64,000 bases of DNA from Chiloscyllium plagiosum (Eukaryota): positions 24,257,806 through 24,321,805 of the forward strand of contig NC_057720.1 of NCBI RefSeq assembly GCF_004010195.1, given 5' to 3'. Positions 24,807 through 37,134 of this stretch are shown here, piece by piece (position 1 is the first letter of the stretch; every line of letters begins with the position of its first letter). The notes beneath the pieces were generated by a model. The model was not told the DNA's origin. It was given only the letters and a program-made list of their open reading frames with translations, and searched no databases. The translations under genes were made by a program, and so were the position numbers.

Positions 24807-27800
24807 GTAAAAGTCTTAGTAAAATGAGATTAAAGATCTCAACTTCAAATTGAGGACCAGTTTTTTTTAAAAGAATAAATTGTGTATTTTGTTTTCTGCC
24901 GTTTTGTGAAACTACTGAAACAATATTGTAAACATTAATAGAAATTAATTTAATCTTTGTATTTCTTAATTCTTACTTGATCTTTAAAAACCTCTGCACA
25001 GTAGTTAGAGCAAAAGTGACAATATTGTCCTTGTAGCTGTTACTAGTCAAGGGTCAGTCTGCAATGGGGAGAAAAGTTAACTTGGATGATCCTCAAGTTG
25101 CTTAATTTCCTTGGGTTAGAGAGGTTACAATCGGTAAACATCTTAGGATGGATACTTGATTGCAAGTATTATGAAGAAGAAAACATACATGTGATGCATT
25201 TTGTTTTTGTTCCACTCCTATTTCTCCAGAGACCCTCACCAAGCTTGCCTTCTCCCTGAGACCCATTCTCTACTCTCTCAACCCTACTTACCACTAACCT
25301 CCTGGCCTCTTAACATCTGTACCAGGCCCTGTTATCTGATACTGCAAACAGTTTCCTGTTATGTACTGCTTCCCCTTTCTCACCATTATTCATTTATCAA
25401 ACAATTTGAACATTATCTCTCTTCTCCAAAACTGTAACTTCTCTAATCTCCCCTTTGTCATCAAAGTCTGTGACATCTCTTAAATTCACGCCTTTAATGT
25501 TATCACCTCCAAATTTCTCCCACCTTTCCTATCACTTCATATTATTTGAATCACTCCAATCAGGTTTTGCAACAAAATAGTCGTAACCAAAGCCACAAAT
25601 GAGATGCAATGTGACTCTGATGACAGACCCTAACTTTCTCAGCCTATGACACAGTGGAAAACACAAACCACCTTCAACACCTCCCCTATGTAGCCATAAT
25701 AGGAACACTGCCTTGCCTAGTTTTACTCTTACACTGTAGATCAGGAAAGATTTTCTGTAACAGCTTGACCTCACAGCCCCATACCATTACCTCTGGAGAC
25801 ATCTAAGGAGCTATCCTTACTAATTTTCATCTCCATGATAGTACTTGACGTTGTTCAAAATCAGTGCCAGATTCCTCCAGTAAGCAGATGACATTCAGCT
25901 CTGCCTCTCTACCTCCATGAAACACTCCTCTACTTTTGGATTCCAGACAACCTGAACTGGATGCCTGACAGTTATCCTACAATTTAACATTGGGAAATCT
26001 GGAGACCTTAGCCTCAAGTATCACTGCATGGTCAAGAACGCAGACCCAGAGGTTCCACAAATATTACTCAGGAGAAAGTGCCTGGAACATCAGATCTCAC
26101 TGCGGGTGGGGGTGGGTGAAACTGTAAGTTTAAACATTGCGAGGGGCAGCGTGGAACACTGAAATGTCAGTCTTGATGCTCTGGCATTCTGTCAAAGCTG
26201 TGAAGAAAAGTATAGAACAAAAATCAGCACTCGCCTGCAAATTTTGCTCCCCCAACAAGATTCCTCTTATCTACTTTGTTAGCAAAAGTAGGAAGGCAGA
26301 TTATTATTTAGCTGTAATTTGAGAGAGGGGAATGTTCAATAAGACCTGGATGTCCATGTGCAAGAGTTGCTGGAAGTAAGGATACACGTGGAGCAGGCAG
26401 TAAAGAAGGCAAACTGTATGTTGGCTTCCTCATGAGAGGACTTGAATGCAGGAATAAGGACATCTTGCTGCAATTATACAGGACATTGGTGAGACCACAC
26501 CTGGAATATTGAGTGCAGTTTTGGTATCCTAATCTGCCGATGGATACTCTTGCTATCGAGAGAGTGCAGTGAAGGTTTACCAAATTAATTCTTGGGAAGG
26601 CAGGACTGATCTATGAGGAGGGATTGAATTGATTAGGATTGTATTCACTTGAGTTTAGAAGAATGAGGGAGACATCTTGTAAAAATTCTAACAGGACTAG
26701 ACAGATTAGATGCAAAAAGGATGTTCCTGATGGTAGCTGACTCCAGAACCAGGTGTCATAGTTTAAGGGTAAGGGATAAAACATTTAGAACTTGTGTTGA
26801 AGAAATATTTCTTCACCCAGAGTGTGGTGAGCCTGTGGAATTCACTAACACAGAATATAGTTAAGGCCAAAACATTGTGTTTTCAGGAAGGAGGTATACA
26901 TAGCTCGTATGGACCAAAGGGATCAAGGGATATGGGATAGCGAGCAGAATTATGATATTGAGCTCAATGATCAGCAATGATCATATTGAATGGTGAAGCA
27001 GAATCTGGATTGAATGGCCTAGTCCTGCTCCTATCGTCTGTCTCTGTTACCCCTCCCTTTCTGTCCCCTTTAAAGCCCTGTGCCAAATCCGTGGCAACTC
27101 ATGCCAACCCATACAAGCCACAAGCCACCATTTGCCCTAGACTGTTCATGCCAACTCTCTCAATAATTGCCATGGATTGTCCTTGGCACTCATGTTCTTC
27201 CATGCCTCTTGATGAATTTACTGTATTGAGCAAGATCCCTGCCAACAGCACAGACTTGTGGGATTATTCTTTAAATGTACACAAAAAAATTGCTGTCCAA
27301 GGCAAATACAAAATGAACTAGCACCAAAAACAAATGTGTTGATAAAAGCTGCCAAATGTCATTAACTTAGTTGGATTTCACAATTCTTTTTTGGGAAGGG
27401 TACCTGACATAATACCCGGTCTGCTCTATCCTTGTTTGTACCCCTATAGTATACAAATATCTCTAATGGTAGGATAACTAAGGATGGACAATAAAATAAC
27501 ACTTCTGTTCCCAAAAAGATCATCCTAATTTATTTTGAAAGCAAATTAGTACGGGGATAAAAACAGGAATTTCCACAGTCCATCCCTCATCAAACACTCC
27601 TCAATTGACTATGGCCTCATATGTAGTCAACCTGCTCTCATTTCTTATCCAGCTGTACTATCAACTACTGAAACCCCACACTCTGGAATTTATTCTGAAA
27701 CCTCCCTTTTTCTCCAACTTTCTTTGCTCCTTTTTAAGATTGTCCTTAAGACCCACCTCTTTAGCAATGCTTTAAATTATCCTTCCCAAACTCTCTCCTT

Positions 27801-27943
27801 TATTTCTGGAGTCTTTGAAAGAGATATTTTTAAAACATTAGTGCTACTATATAAATGCAAGTTTTATGTTTTCTCCACAATCTATCCTTCTGGGAAATAT
27901 CTGATTCCATAAACTGACCAGCTGAAATGTTTTTATTTTTCAG

Positions 27944-28056
27944 AGATGGATCTGCTGTTGAAATAGTTGGCCTCAGTAAATCAACTGTTCGCTGGTTGAT
28001 GGAACTGAATAAAAAATCCCTGTTCCCTTACAATGGAGTGAAGGCATATAAAGATG
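27944..28056 (+). CDS. AGL: AGL coding exon
   Basis: tttttcag / gtgaga; [29 protein letters not shown]... Confidence 0.96.
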
Positions 28057-29567
28057 GTGAGAAAGTTAGTTTCTATACATAGTTGCTATGATTCAGTCAG
28101 ACGACTCTAATATTTTCAAGAATTGAATTGTTTTTGTGAGAAAAAGAATATCAAGGGATTTCAGTTAAACGAGCTGGTAAATGGAGTTGAGTTACAAATC
28201 GGCCATGATCTAACAGAATGGTGGAATGTACTCAAGGGATTGAATGCAACAGTTGAGTGTTCTATTCCTACTGATTTTGTTCAGTTCCTAAAATAGATTT
28301 GTTTTATATCCTCAAGTGTTTGCAACACATTACTATTGGTCCCTGACCTTGAATGTTTTATGTTGGTAAGCTTTCTGATATTGATTATTATTCTGGACAA
28401 TGTTTTAAAAATCACAACATTTGAGATATTTAACCCATCATCCTTGTGTCAGTTCTTTGGTTACACTATCCATTTATTTTCACTTTCCTCCTCGTTTCCC
28501 TCAGCTTATAAGTGTTTCTTATGCAATTCTCTCTCTAACTATGGGACAATTGTTGATATTGAAACTATAACCTTGCAGGCAGTGCATTCTAGAACATAGC
28601 AGTCTTGTCACCATTTGTAAAAAAAAAAAATTGGTGTCCAATTAGTGAAAATGTATCATCATGTATTGTCTATAAATTGTCGCTTGGTAGTATGGGACTT
28701 GAATGCTACTAGAAAAAGCCACGTTTCTCAAAGCTTTTTGTCTTGCATTCATAAGGAAAATTTGCAGGAATACCAATTTAAGGGAGAAGCTAACATTATT
28801 CTGTATGAGCGGTAGGTGCTAATAGAGGCATTGCAATGGGAAATGTACCTGTTATTGGTGATTGACCGTTAACTGCAGGGTTTTGTAAATTTGCCTTGTT
28901 CAAAATTTAAACTCTTGTCAGGGCATTGTCCTAACAAAGTATACCAGTGGCTGTCACCCATTTTGTTGAGTTTAAACTCAAACTTAGCTGAAACTCTTGA
29001 GTCAATAAAATAGGTCACAGCCATGAGCTGGTTCATTGGTATTCTTGAAAATTGCTGTGGGTACAAGCTGGATACCTTTGACAAAATGTGTAAGTTTTTT
29101 TTAGTAGCAAAACTGTCTCTGGTTTCCAACCCTTCCACCGCTAGTAACAGTTCCTATTATTTACTTCATCAAAACTATTCATGGTTTTGACTATTTAGTA
29201 CTCCTTTTTAGCCTTTTCTGCTTTAAGAAGGACAATCCCAGCTTCTCTAGTATTTCCACATTGTTGAACTCCTTCAGCGTTGATACTATTCTACAAAATC
29301 TTGACCACATTATCTCCAAGACCTTCGAAAGTATTGAATGCGGATTTTCTCTGTTCTCCAGCTGGAATCTCACCATTTGCTTTATATCGTTTACTAATTA
29401 CAGTCTACTAGTTTAGTATATCTTCCCTGATTTTATACTGCTTTCTCGACAACAATGCTGAAGATCTCATGCTTACCAGCTTTGATACTTTGACCTACAT
29501 ATTTATATCGCAGCTTTAACACTTAACCATTACAAACTGCTTCACCGGAACATTATAAAACAAAATA

Positions 29568-30102
29568 CAGGTAGTTCTGGGATAACATGTATTTTGGCAG
29601 CACGATTTAGCTATAACGTTGTTGAAGAATTAGGGAACCGTATTTTTGAGAATGCTTACCTCTGTTGGCAAAAACGCAATTCCAGCAGGGATCAATTTGT
29701 GTGCTTCATTCTCCACATGTGTTGATATCTGCTCCGAAATCTCCATGCCATTCTGCGCATGTGCCAGTGTATACACCATCCTACGCATGCACAATGGTGG
29801 TGATGTCAGCTGCCAACAGAGCAGCTTTCTGTGAGAGGTACTATACAGAGAGCAGCTTTCTTACATTTTTTTTAAATATATTGTGTTAAATTTACTTTTG
29901 TTTCATTAATAAATATTATTTCAGTCTTCATTCAGGCAGTGCTGCACATTTGGGTGATTTTTGAGCGATCGTGAGTGATATTTTTTGATGGGCCTGCCCC
30001 TAACCCCACTTTTCCCTTAGGCCCCATTATTTCTATTAAGCAATTTCCAATTAAGCAAAGTCTCACTGGAATGCAACTATGGTGTTATAGGAGAACTACC
30101 TG
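29568..30102. mobile_element. Non-autonomous Tc1/mariner (Tigger/pogo-like) DNA transposon
   Basis: TIRs caggtagttct / agaactacctg flanked by TA on both sides; no ORF. Confidence 0.8.
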
Positions 30103-31317
30103 TAAGGCACCAAGATACATGAGAAGACATTGGGTCAGGTGACCAAAAGAAAGGTCAATTTTTTTTTCATTATTCACTTGTTGGATGTTTGCACTACTGG
30201 CTGGCCAGCATTTGTCTGTGCTGAATTGCCCTTGAAAGTGGTGGTAAGCTGCCTTTCGAACTGCTGCAGTCCTTGTTGTAGATAAGCTCATTAGGGAGGG
30301 AATTTCAGGATTTTGACCCAGCCAGACTGAAGGAATGGTAATATATTTCCAAGTCAGGATGGTGAGTGATTTGGAGGGTAACTTGCAGCTGGTGGTGTTC
30401 CCATATATCTGGGAACCTGTCCTTTTGAATGGAAATGGTCATGGATTTGGAAGGTGCTGTATAAGGATCTTTGGTGAATTTCTGCAGTGCATCTTGTAGA
30501 TGGTACACACTGCTTCTACTGAACATCAGAGGTGGAAGAAGTGGATACTTGTGAATGTGGCAGCCGATCAAGCAGAGTGCTTTGTTCTGGATGGTGTTAG
30601 TTTCTTCAGTGTTGTTGGATCTGCACCCATCCAGGCAAGTCGGGAGTATTCCATCATACTTCTGGCTCGTCCTTTGTAAATGGTGGACTGGCTTCAGGGA
30701 GTTAGCCTGAGGCCTGCTCTTGTAGAGACTGTGTATTTATATCATGAGTCCAATTGAGTTTCTTGTCAACGGTAACCCCAGGATGTGGATTGTGGGGATT
30801 CTGTGATGGTAACGCCATTGAATGTCAAGGGGCAGTGGTTAGATTGTCAGAGTCTAGCATTTGTGTGACACAAATGTTACTTGTCACTTCTCAGCCCAAA
30901 CCTGGATATTGGCCATGTCCTTTTGCATTTAGTGATGGAGTGCTTCACTATCTGAGGAGCCACGAATGGTGCTGAACATTGTGTAATCATTGGTGACAAT
31001 CCCGACTTCTGAATTTGTGATGGAGAGAGGATTGTTGCTGAAGCAGCTGGGATGTTTTAGAGTCTGGTAAAGGAGGAAAGAGAGGTCAAGAAGGAAGATG
31101 TAGGCAAAGTATTCTGGAGCTTGGACCCCAGGCAACTAATGGCACACAGCCATGGATGGTGGAGTGATTTAAATCTGTAATGCTCAAGAAGCCAGAATTA
31201 GAGGAGGGCAGATATCTTTGATGTCTATTATTTAGCCTCAAAGTCCTCCTATTAGGATAAAGGTGGATAGGATAACATCTTAAATTGTAAATGATTAATG
31301 CCCCAATACATAACATA

Positions 31318-31850
31318 GTCATAGAGGTCTACAGCACAGAAAAAATACCCTTTGACCCTTCTGTGCTGGTCAAAAACAACCACCTAACTATTCAAATCCT
31401 ATGTTCCAGCCTGGGTATTGCAAGTGTACATCGAAGTACTACTTAAATGGTATGAAGGTTTCTGCCTCTATCACCATTACAGGCAGCAAGTTCCAGATTC
31501 CCAGCACCCTCTACGTGAAAACATTTTCCCTCACATCCTCCTGAAACCTTCCATCCCTTATCTTAAATTTATGCTCCTGCCATTGATCTTCCATTAAGGG
31601 GAGAGATTTATTTCCTGTTTTCTGTCTATGCGCCCCCATCAAATCATGTGCCCTCCCCCAACCCACCCCTAGATTCCTCTGTTCCAAGGAAAACATCAAT
31701 TTATCCAATTTCTCTTCAGAACTAAAACTCCCCAGCCCAGGCAGCATTCTAGTTAATCTCTTCTGCTTTCTCTCCAGTGCAGTCACATTCCTCCTGTAAA
31801 GTGGATTTCAGAGCTACATACAATGCTCTAGCTGTCACCTAACCAACTTC
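31318..31850 (-). mobile_element. Degenerate CR1 LINE 3' end
   Basis: Minus strand ALERKQKRLTRMLPGL...FSLEQR...ENVFT. Confidence 0.8.
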
Positions 31851-32425
31851 ACATTTATTTACTCTTTGTCTTCAGCCCCCACTGAAATTATTGTTCTTTT
31901 TGTTACTGATACTGTTTTTTTTCTGCTGAGTTAATTTGTAATCCTTGGTGTCTTTTTGAAACCTGTGGTTTATTTACCAAGCCTGTACACTTTCTCCTGC
32001 ATCTGCCCTTTTGCTGCTGAAATCTTCATCTCTGATCTTGCCATCTCCAAGTTTGATGACTGAATTTCTCCTTTATGGCCTCCTGACAAACACTCTTCAT
32101 GAACTGCAACCTGTCTCATTCTCTGCTGCATATAATCTGCCACACAATGAATTCTGCTCATCTTTGCTGACGAATATCGGCTACATGTTCCTATTCTCAA
32201 ATTTAAAATTCTCAACTTTGTCTTTGCATCCTTCTATAGCTTTGCTCCATTCTAACACTTTCTGCTCTCACCTTGTATTTTACCAAACATTCCATTCCTC
32301 CAATTTTCACTTTTTATCCTTTTCCAATCCCATTAATGGCTGAGTTTCAATGCAGAGGAACAGGAGTGGGTTGTTTAGCCCCTTGAGCCTATTCCGTCGT
32401 CCAACTGAATTGTACCTGATATTGA

Positions 32426-32549
32426 CAAATGGCGTAGTGAAATAATATTACACTATACAAGAAAAGAAATATTTATAACATTCGAGGAGTGGAATAGAAA
32501 AACAATGGAGAACTTTGAAAAGAATGTCTTCATTACTGAAGATTTTGAT
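32426..32549 (+). pseudogene. Diverged partial duplicate of AGL exon 34292-34503 plus its upstream intron flank
   Basis: caaatggcgtagtgaaat...gaaaagaaatatttataacattcgaggagtggaat...gaactttgaaaagaat aligns to 34255-34380; acceptor CAG changed to CAA. Confidence 0.85.
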
Positions 32550-33404
32550 ATAACACCATATATCCTACTTTGTCCCATTACCCCTTAAAATGATGAACAA
32601 AAATCTATCAATCTGTTTTAAATTTAACAATTGACTACCTCTTTGCAGAAGGAAGTTTCAGACTTCAGTAGTCCTGTTCCTAGATGTTTTTCTTAGCTTC
32701 ACTCTTAAAAGATCTGTATCTAATTTTTATGAAATGTACCATGGTTCAAGACTTCTCAAACAGAAATATTTTCTTCCACTATTTCCTACCAGTTCTCTTC
32801 AATAGCTTAACCTGCAAATTTTCTCTGAACCTTTGCCGCCAGTGATACAATTCTATAAAGATGCAAAATTGATTTAACAGTTCAAGTTTACATCTGTTGG
32901 GATAATTTTCTGCTCCTGAGGAGTAATTTGGTGTAATGAATCCTCCACCTATTAAGAATCTTTCTATTTGTGTTCTTTTGAAATCTACACCATTGTTTTT
33001 GCCTCAAGTGGCAGAATTGAAAAATGTGCACATTGTAACAGCCCATTTTATTCAAATCCAGTTATCAAAAGAATGCACTAGCACATAGCTGTCTGTCTAA
33101 TAGTTGCATTTCACTCATAACTATCATTTATGAGTAATTTTTAAAAGTTCACTCATGAGATACTGACTGGCCCAGCATTTATTGCACTTGAGAGGGTGGT
33201 GGATGAGCTGCCTTCTTTAACTACTGCAGTCCATTTCTAGTAGGTAGACCCACAATACTATTGGAGAATTCCTGGACTTCGACCTAATGACACTGAAGGA
33301 ATGGCAATAAATTTCCAAGTTAAGATGGATCTGCTGCCCTTGTCCTTCTAGATGGACATGGTTATGGGTTTGGAAGGTGCTCTCTGAGAAGCCATGATTA
33401 TTTA

Positions 33405-33683
33405 CATTAGATTACTTACAGTGTGGAAACAGGCCCTTCGAAGAGTAACCCATCCAGTCCCATTTCCCTCTGACTAATGCACCTAACACTATGGGCAATT
33501 TAGCATGACCAGTTCACCTGACCTGCACATCTTTGGACTGTGGGAGGAAACCGGAGCACCCGGAGGAAAACCACTGGGAGAATGTGCAAACTCCACACAG
33601 ACAGTCGCCTGAGGCTGGAATTGAACCTGGGACCCTGGTGCTGTGAGGCAGCAGTGCTAACCACTCAGCCACCATGCCACCCC
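33405..33683 (-). mobile_element. HE1-like V-SINE
   Basis: Reverse-complement V-domain and tRNA head. Confidence 0.88.
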
Positions 33684-33843
33684 AAGTGCATCTTGTAAAT
33701 GATACACACTGGGTATTGATAGTACAGGGATTAAATGGATGTGAGGTCAATAAAGATGGCTTCTTTGTTCGACAAGGTGTCAAGCTCCTTGAGTGTTGTT
33801 GGGGCTGCACTTATCCAGCCAAGTGTCAGTTATTGCTGGAAAT

Positions 33844-34172
33844 TTAGATTAGATTAGATTAGATTAGATTACTTACAGTGTGGAAACAGGCCCTTCGGCC
33901 CAACAAGTCCACACCGACCCTCCGAAGAGCAACCCACCCATTACCCTACATTTACCCCTTTTACCTAACACTACGGGCAATTTAGCATGGCCAATTCACC
34001 TGACCTGCACATTTTTTGGACTGTGGGAGGAAACCGGAGCACCCGGAGGAAACCCACGCAGACACTGGGAGAATGTGCAAACTCCACACAGTCAGTCGCC
34101 TGAGTCGGGAATTGAACCCAGGTCTCTGGCGCTGTGAGGCAGTAGTGCTAACCACTGTGCCACCGTGCCGCC
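33844..34172 (-). mobile_element. HE1-like V-SINE, full length
   Basis: (AGATT)n tail, V-domain and head; near-identical to 13962-14296 inverted. Confidence 0.92.
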
Positions 34173-34291
34173 TACTATCTTTACTTGTGTGACGCATGCT
34201 TCATTAAATTACATGGTTTGCAAAATAAGTTTGTAAGTTTATTTTCCAAGCCTGCAAAATGATGTAGTGAAATATCTATTATACTATGCAG

Positions 34292-34503
34292 GAAAAGAAA
34301 TATTTATAACGTATGAGGAGTGGAATGAGAAAATAATGGAGAACTTTGAAAAGAATTTCTATGTTTCTGAAGATCCAGATGATCCCAATGAAATGTTTCC
34401 CAACTTGGTCCACAAAAGGCACATTTATAAAGACAGCTTTGGTGCTTCCAGTCCATGGTGTGACTATCAACTAAGACCAAACTTTCCTATAGCTATGGTT
34501 GTG
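34292..34503 (+). CDS. AGL: AGL coding exon
   Basis: tatgcag / gtaagt; (G)[14 protein letters not shown]...[27 protein letters not shown]. Confidence 0.97.
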
Positions 34504-35076
34504 GTAAGTGATTGGATTTCACAGGATAAATGTTATTGCTCTTGCACAACACTTTTTTAAAAAAAACTTGTCAGTAAAGATGTCGCAATTTAAAATGCTA
34601 CTGATTCTGTAAATCTGAAATATGGGCAGAAAATACTGGATATGTTCTGCAGGTCAGGCAGTGTATGTGATGAGAGAAACTGAGAATTAACATTTAAAAT
34701 CAGTGTGCTTATGTTTACCTCCCTACAGTTGGTGCCAGATCTGCAGAGGATTGGTAGCACTTTTTTTCTGCATTCATGTCATATTTTAAATCTTGGTACA
34801 AATTGGCTTAATATGTGAATTGAAAATGTGACCAGCTCTGATCTCTAGCATGTGCAGTCCTCACTTTCTCCTTAATATGTGAATTACCAATGTTAAGTGG
34901 TTGATCTGTCATCATTTATGTTTTTGGTGCTAAATTCTGAGTTTGGTGCCATTGATATTGCTGTTCCAATCAGTTGTGAGATCTCTTGCCTCTCACCTTT
35001 TGAGATATGTAAAATGATATGAATGCTTAAATGAAGCTTTAATTACTGCAATAAAATCAACTTCATTCATTTTCAG

Positions 35077-35174
35077 GCCCCTGAGCTTTTTAGCCCAGAA
35101 AAAGCATGGAAAGCTTTAACGGTTGTAGAGGAGAAGCTGCTTGGACCCCTGGGATTGAAAACATTAGATCCAGA
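35077..35174 (+). CDS. AGL: AGL coding exon
   Basis: ttttcag / gtgagt; [32 protein letters not shown]. Confidence 0.96.
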
Positions 35175-35431
35175 GTGAGTAACATTGTTGCTAAAATTAG
35201 TCCCATTTTCAGTAGAATGAATATTGTTAATGAAAACAAACAATTGCTGAAATGTATACTAGTCACATTGAGATACAGTCTTTTTGTAAAAACATGACAA
35301 AGCACAGAATTGGTGAGGTGTTTCTTTGGTAATCTGTTCATGGCTATCCATTTTCTTCTGTTACCCAGTCTGGACTCCCTTGCTAATGTGCCTTAATAGA
35401 GATTGTAATATTTGTTTTTCTTTCTGGTTAG

Positions 35432-35519
35432 TGACCAAGTTTACTGTGGTGTATATGATAACTCTTTCGACAATGGCAACTTCAATATATCAAGAGGCTA
35501 TAACTACCACCAAGGACCG
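35432..35519 (+). CDS. AGL: AGL coding exon
   Basis: ggttag / gtaatt; DQVYCGVYDNSFDNGNFNISRGYNYHQGP. Confidence 0.96.
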
Positions 35520-35570
35520 GTAATTATTTATACAGTGTTTCATCAATTTCAGCAAAATGCTTTTTGTTGT

Positions 35571-36804
35571 GGATGTAGGTTTGCTCGCTGAGCTGGGAGG
35601 TTCATTTCTAGACATTTTGTCACCCTACCAGGTACATCTTCGGTGGGCCTCAGGCGAAGCACTGCTGAAAATTCCTGCTTTCTATTTATATGTTTGGGTT
35701 TCTTTGGGTTGGTGATGTCATTTCCTGTGGTGAAGTCACTTCCTGTTCCTTTTTTCAGGGGTTGGTAAATGGGGTCTAACTCGATGAGTTCTGGTTGGAA
35801 TGCCGTGCTTCTAGGAATTCTCGTGCATGTCTTTATTTGACTTGTCCTAGGATGGATGTGTTGTCATAGTCGAAGTGGTGTCCTTCCTCATCCGTACATA
35901 AGGATACTAGTGAGAGACAGTCATGTATTTTTGTGGCTAGTTGGTGTTCATGTATCCTGGTGGCTAGTCTTCTGCCATTGTAGTGTTTATTACAGTTCTT
36001 TTACAGTATTTTGTATATCACCCATCAAAATTCACCTATACCGTGTATTCAAAAAGAATGGGTACCCAATGAACACAGTCTGCTGATTTCTCAGCAACAA
36101 ACCCAAACAAGCAGACAAAACATGTCCAGAAACCCTAGCCACTCCCCTACATCAAAGACATCTCAGAAATGACTGCCAGATTACTCAGACTCCTTGGCAA
36201 CATGGTAGCCCACAAACCCACCATCACACTAAAACAGCAGCTAATGAACTTTTAAGACCCTATACAGACAACGAGCAAAACTAATTTACAAAACACTGTG
36301 CAAGGATTGTAACAAACATTACATTGGACAAATAGGCAGAAAACTAGCCACCAGGATACATGAACGCCAACTAGCCACAAAAAGACATGACCCTCTCTCA
36401 CTAGTATCCTTACATACAGATGAGGAAGGACACCACTTTGACTAGGACAACACATCCATCCTAGGACAAGCCAAACAAAGACACACACGAGAATTCCTAG
36501 AAGCATGGAACCGGAAGTCTATCAACAAACACATCGAGTTAGACTCCATCTACCATCCCCTGAGAAAAGGAACAGGAAGTGACTTCATCACAGGAAAGAA
36601 CATCACCACAGGAAATGACATCACCAACCCAAAGAAACCCAAACATATAAATAGAAAGCAGGAATTTTCAGCAGTGCTTCGCCTGAGGCCCACTGAAGAT
36701 GTTACGTAGTATGATGATGAAACGTCTGGAAATGAACCTTCAAGTTCAGCGAGTAAACCTACATCCAAAACCTCAACCTGAGCTACAAATCTTCTCAAAA
36801 CTCA
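35571..36804 (+). mobile_element. Second Penelope-like family, truncated, with inverted 3' duplication
   Basis: GIY-YIG remnants (VFKKNGYP, YIGQIGRKLATRIHE); 35571-36018 is an inverted copy of the 3' part; 11 bp TSD ctttttgttgt (35560-35570, 36805-36815); hammerhead-like cca CTGAAGA...GAAACGTC tgg at 36690-36729. Confidence 0.88.
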
Positions 36805-36852
36805 CTTTTTGTTGTATTATAACAAAATTGTATGTTTTATTTTTGTTCCTAG

Positions 36853-36986
36853 GAATGGCTGTGGCCTCTTGGTTATTTCCTACGTGCAAAGTTGCAATTT
36901 TCAAAAATGATCGACAAGAATTTGTCTGAAGATACACAATATTTCGTGAAAAATGTTCTTTCTCGTCATTATGATTACTTGGAAAA
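36853..36986 (+). CDS. AGL: AGL coding exon
   Basis: ttcctag / gtaagt; [18 protein letters not shown]...[13 protein letters not shown]. Confidence 0.96.
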
Positions 36987-37134
36987 GTAAGTCAATAATT
37001 TTTAAAATGGCTATATAATGCAAACGCAAACTTTCCTGAAAGAATCTTTTATTTTGAGAATATTACTCTATAACATCCAGCTGTATATCAAATCATTACA
37101 GTCACGTAATTTAACTTGTATCTTGTGTTTCAAA

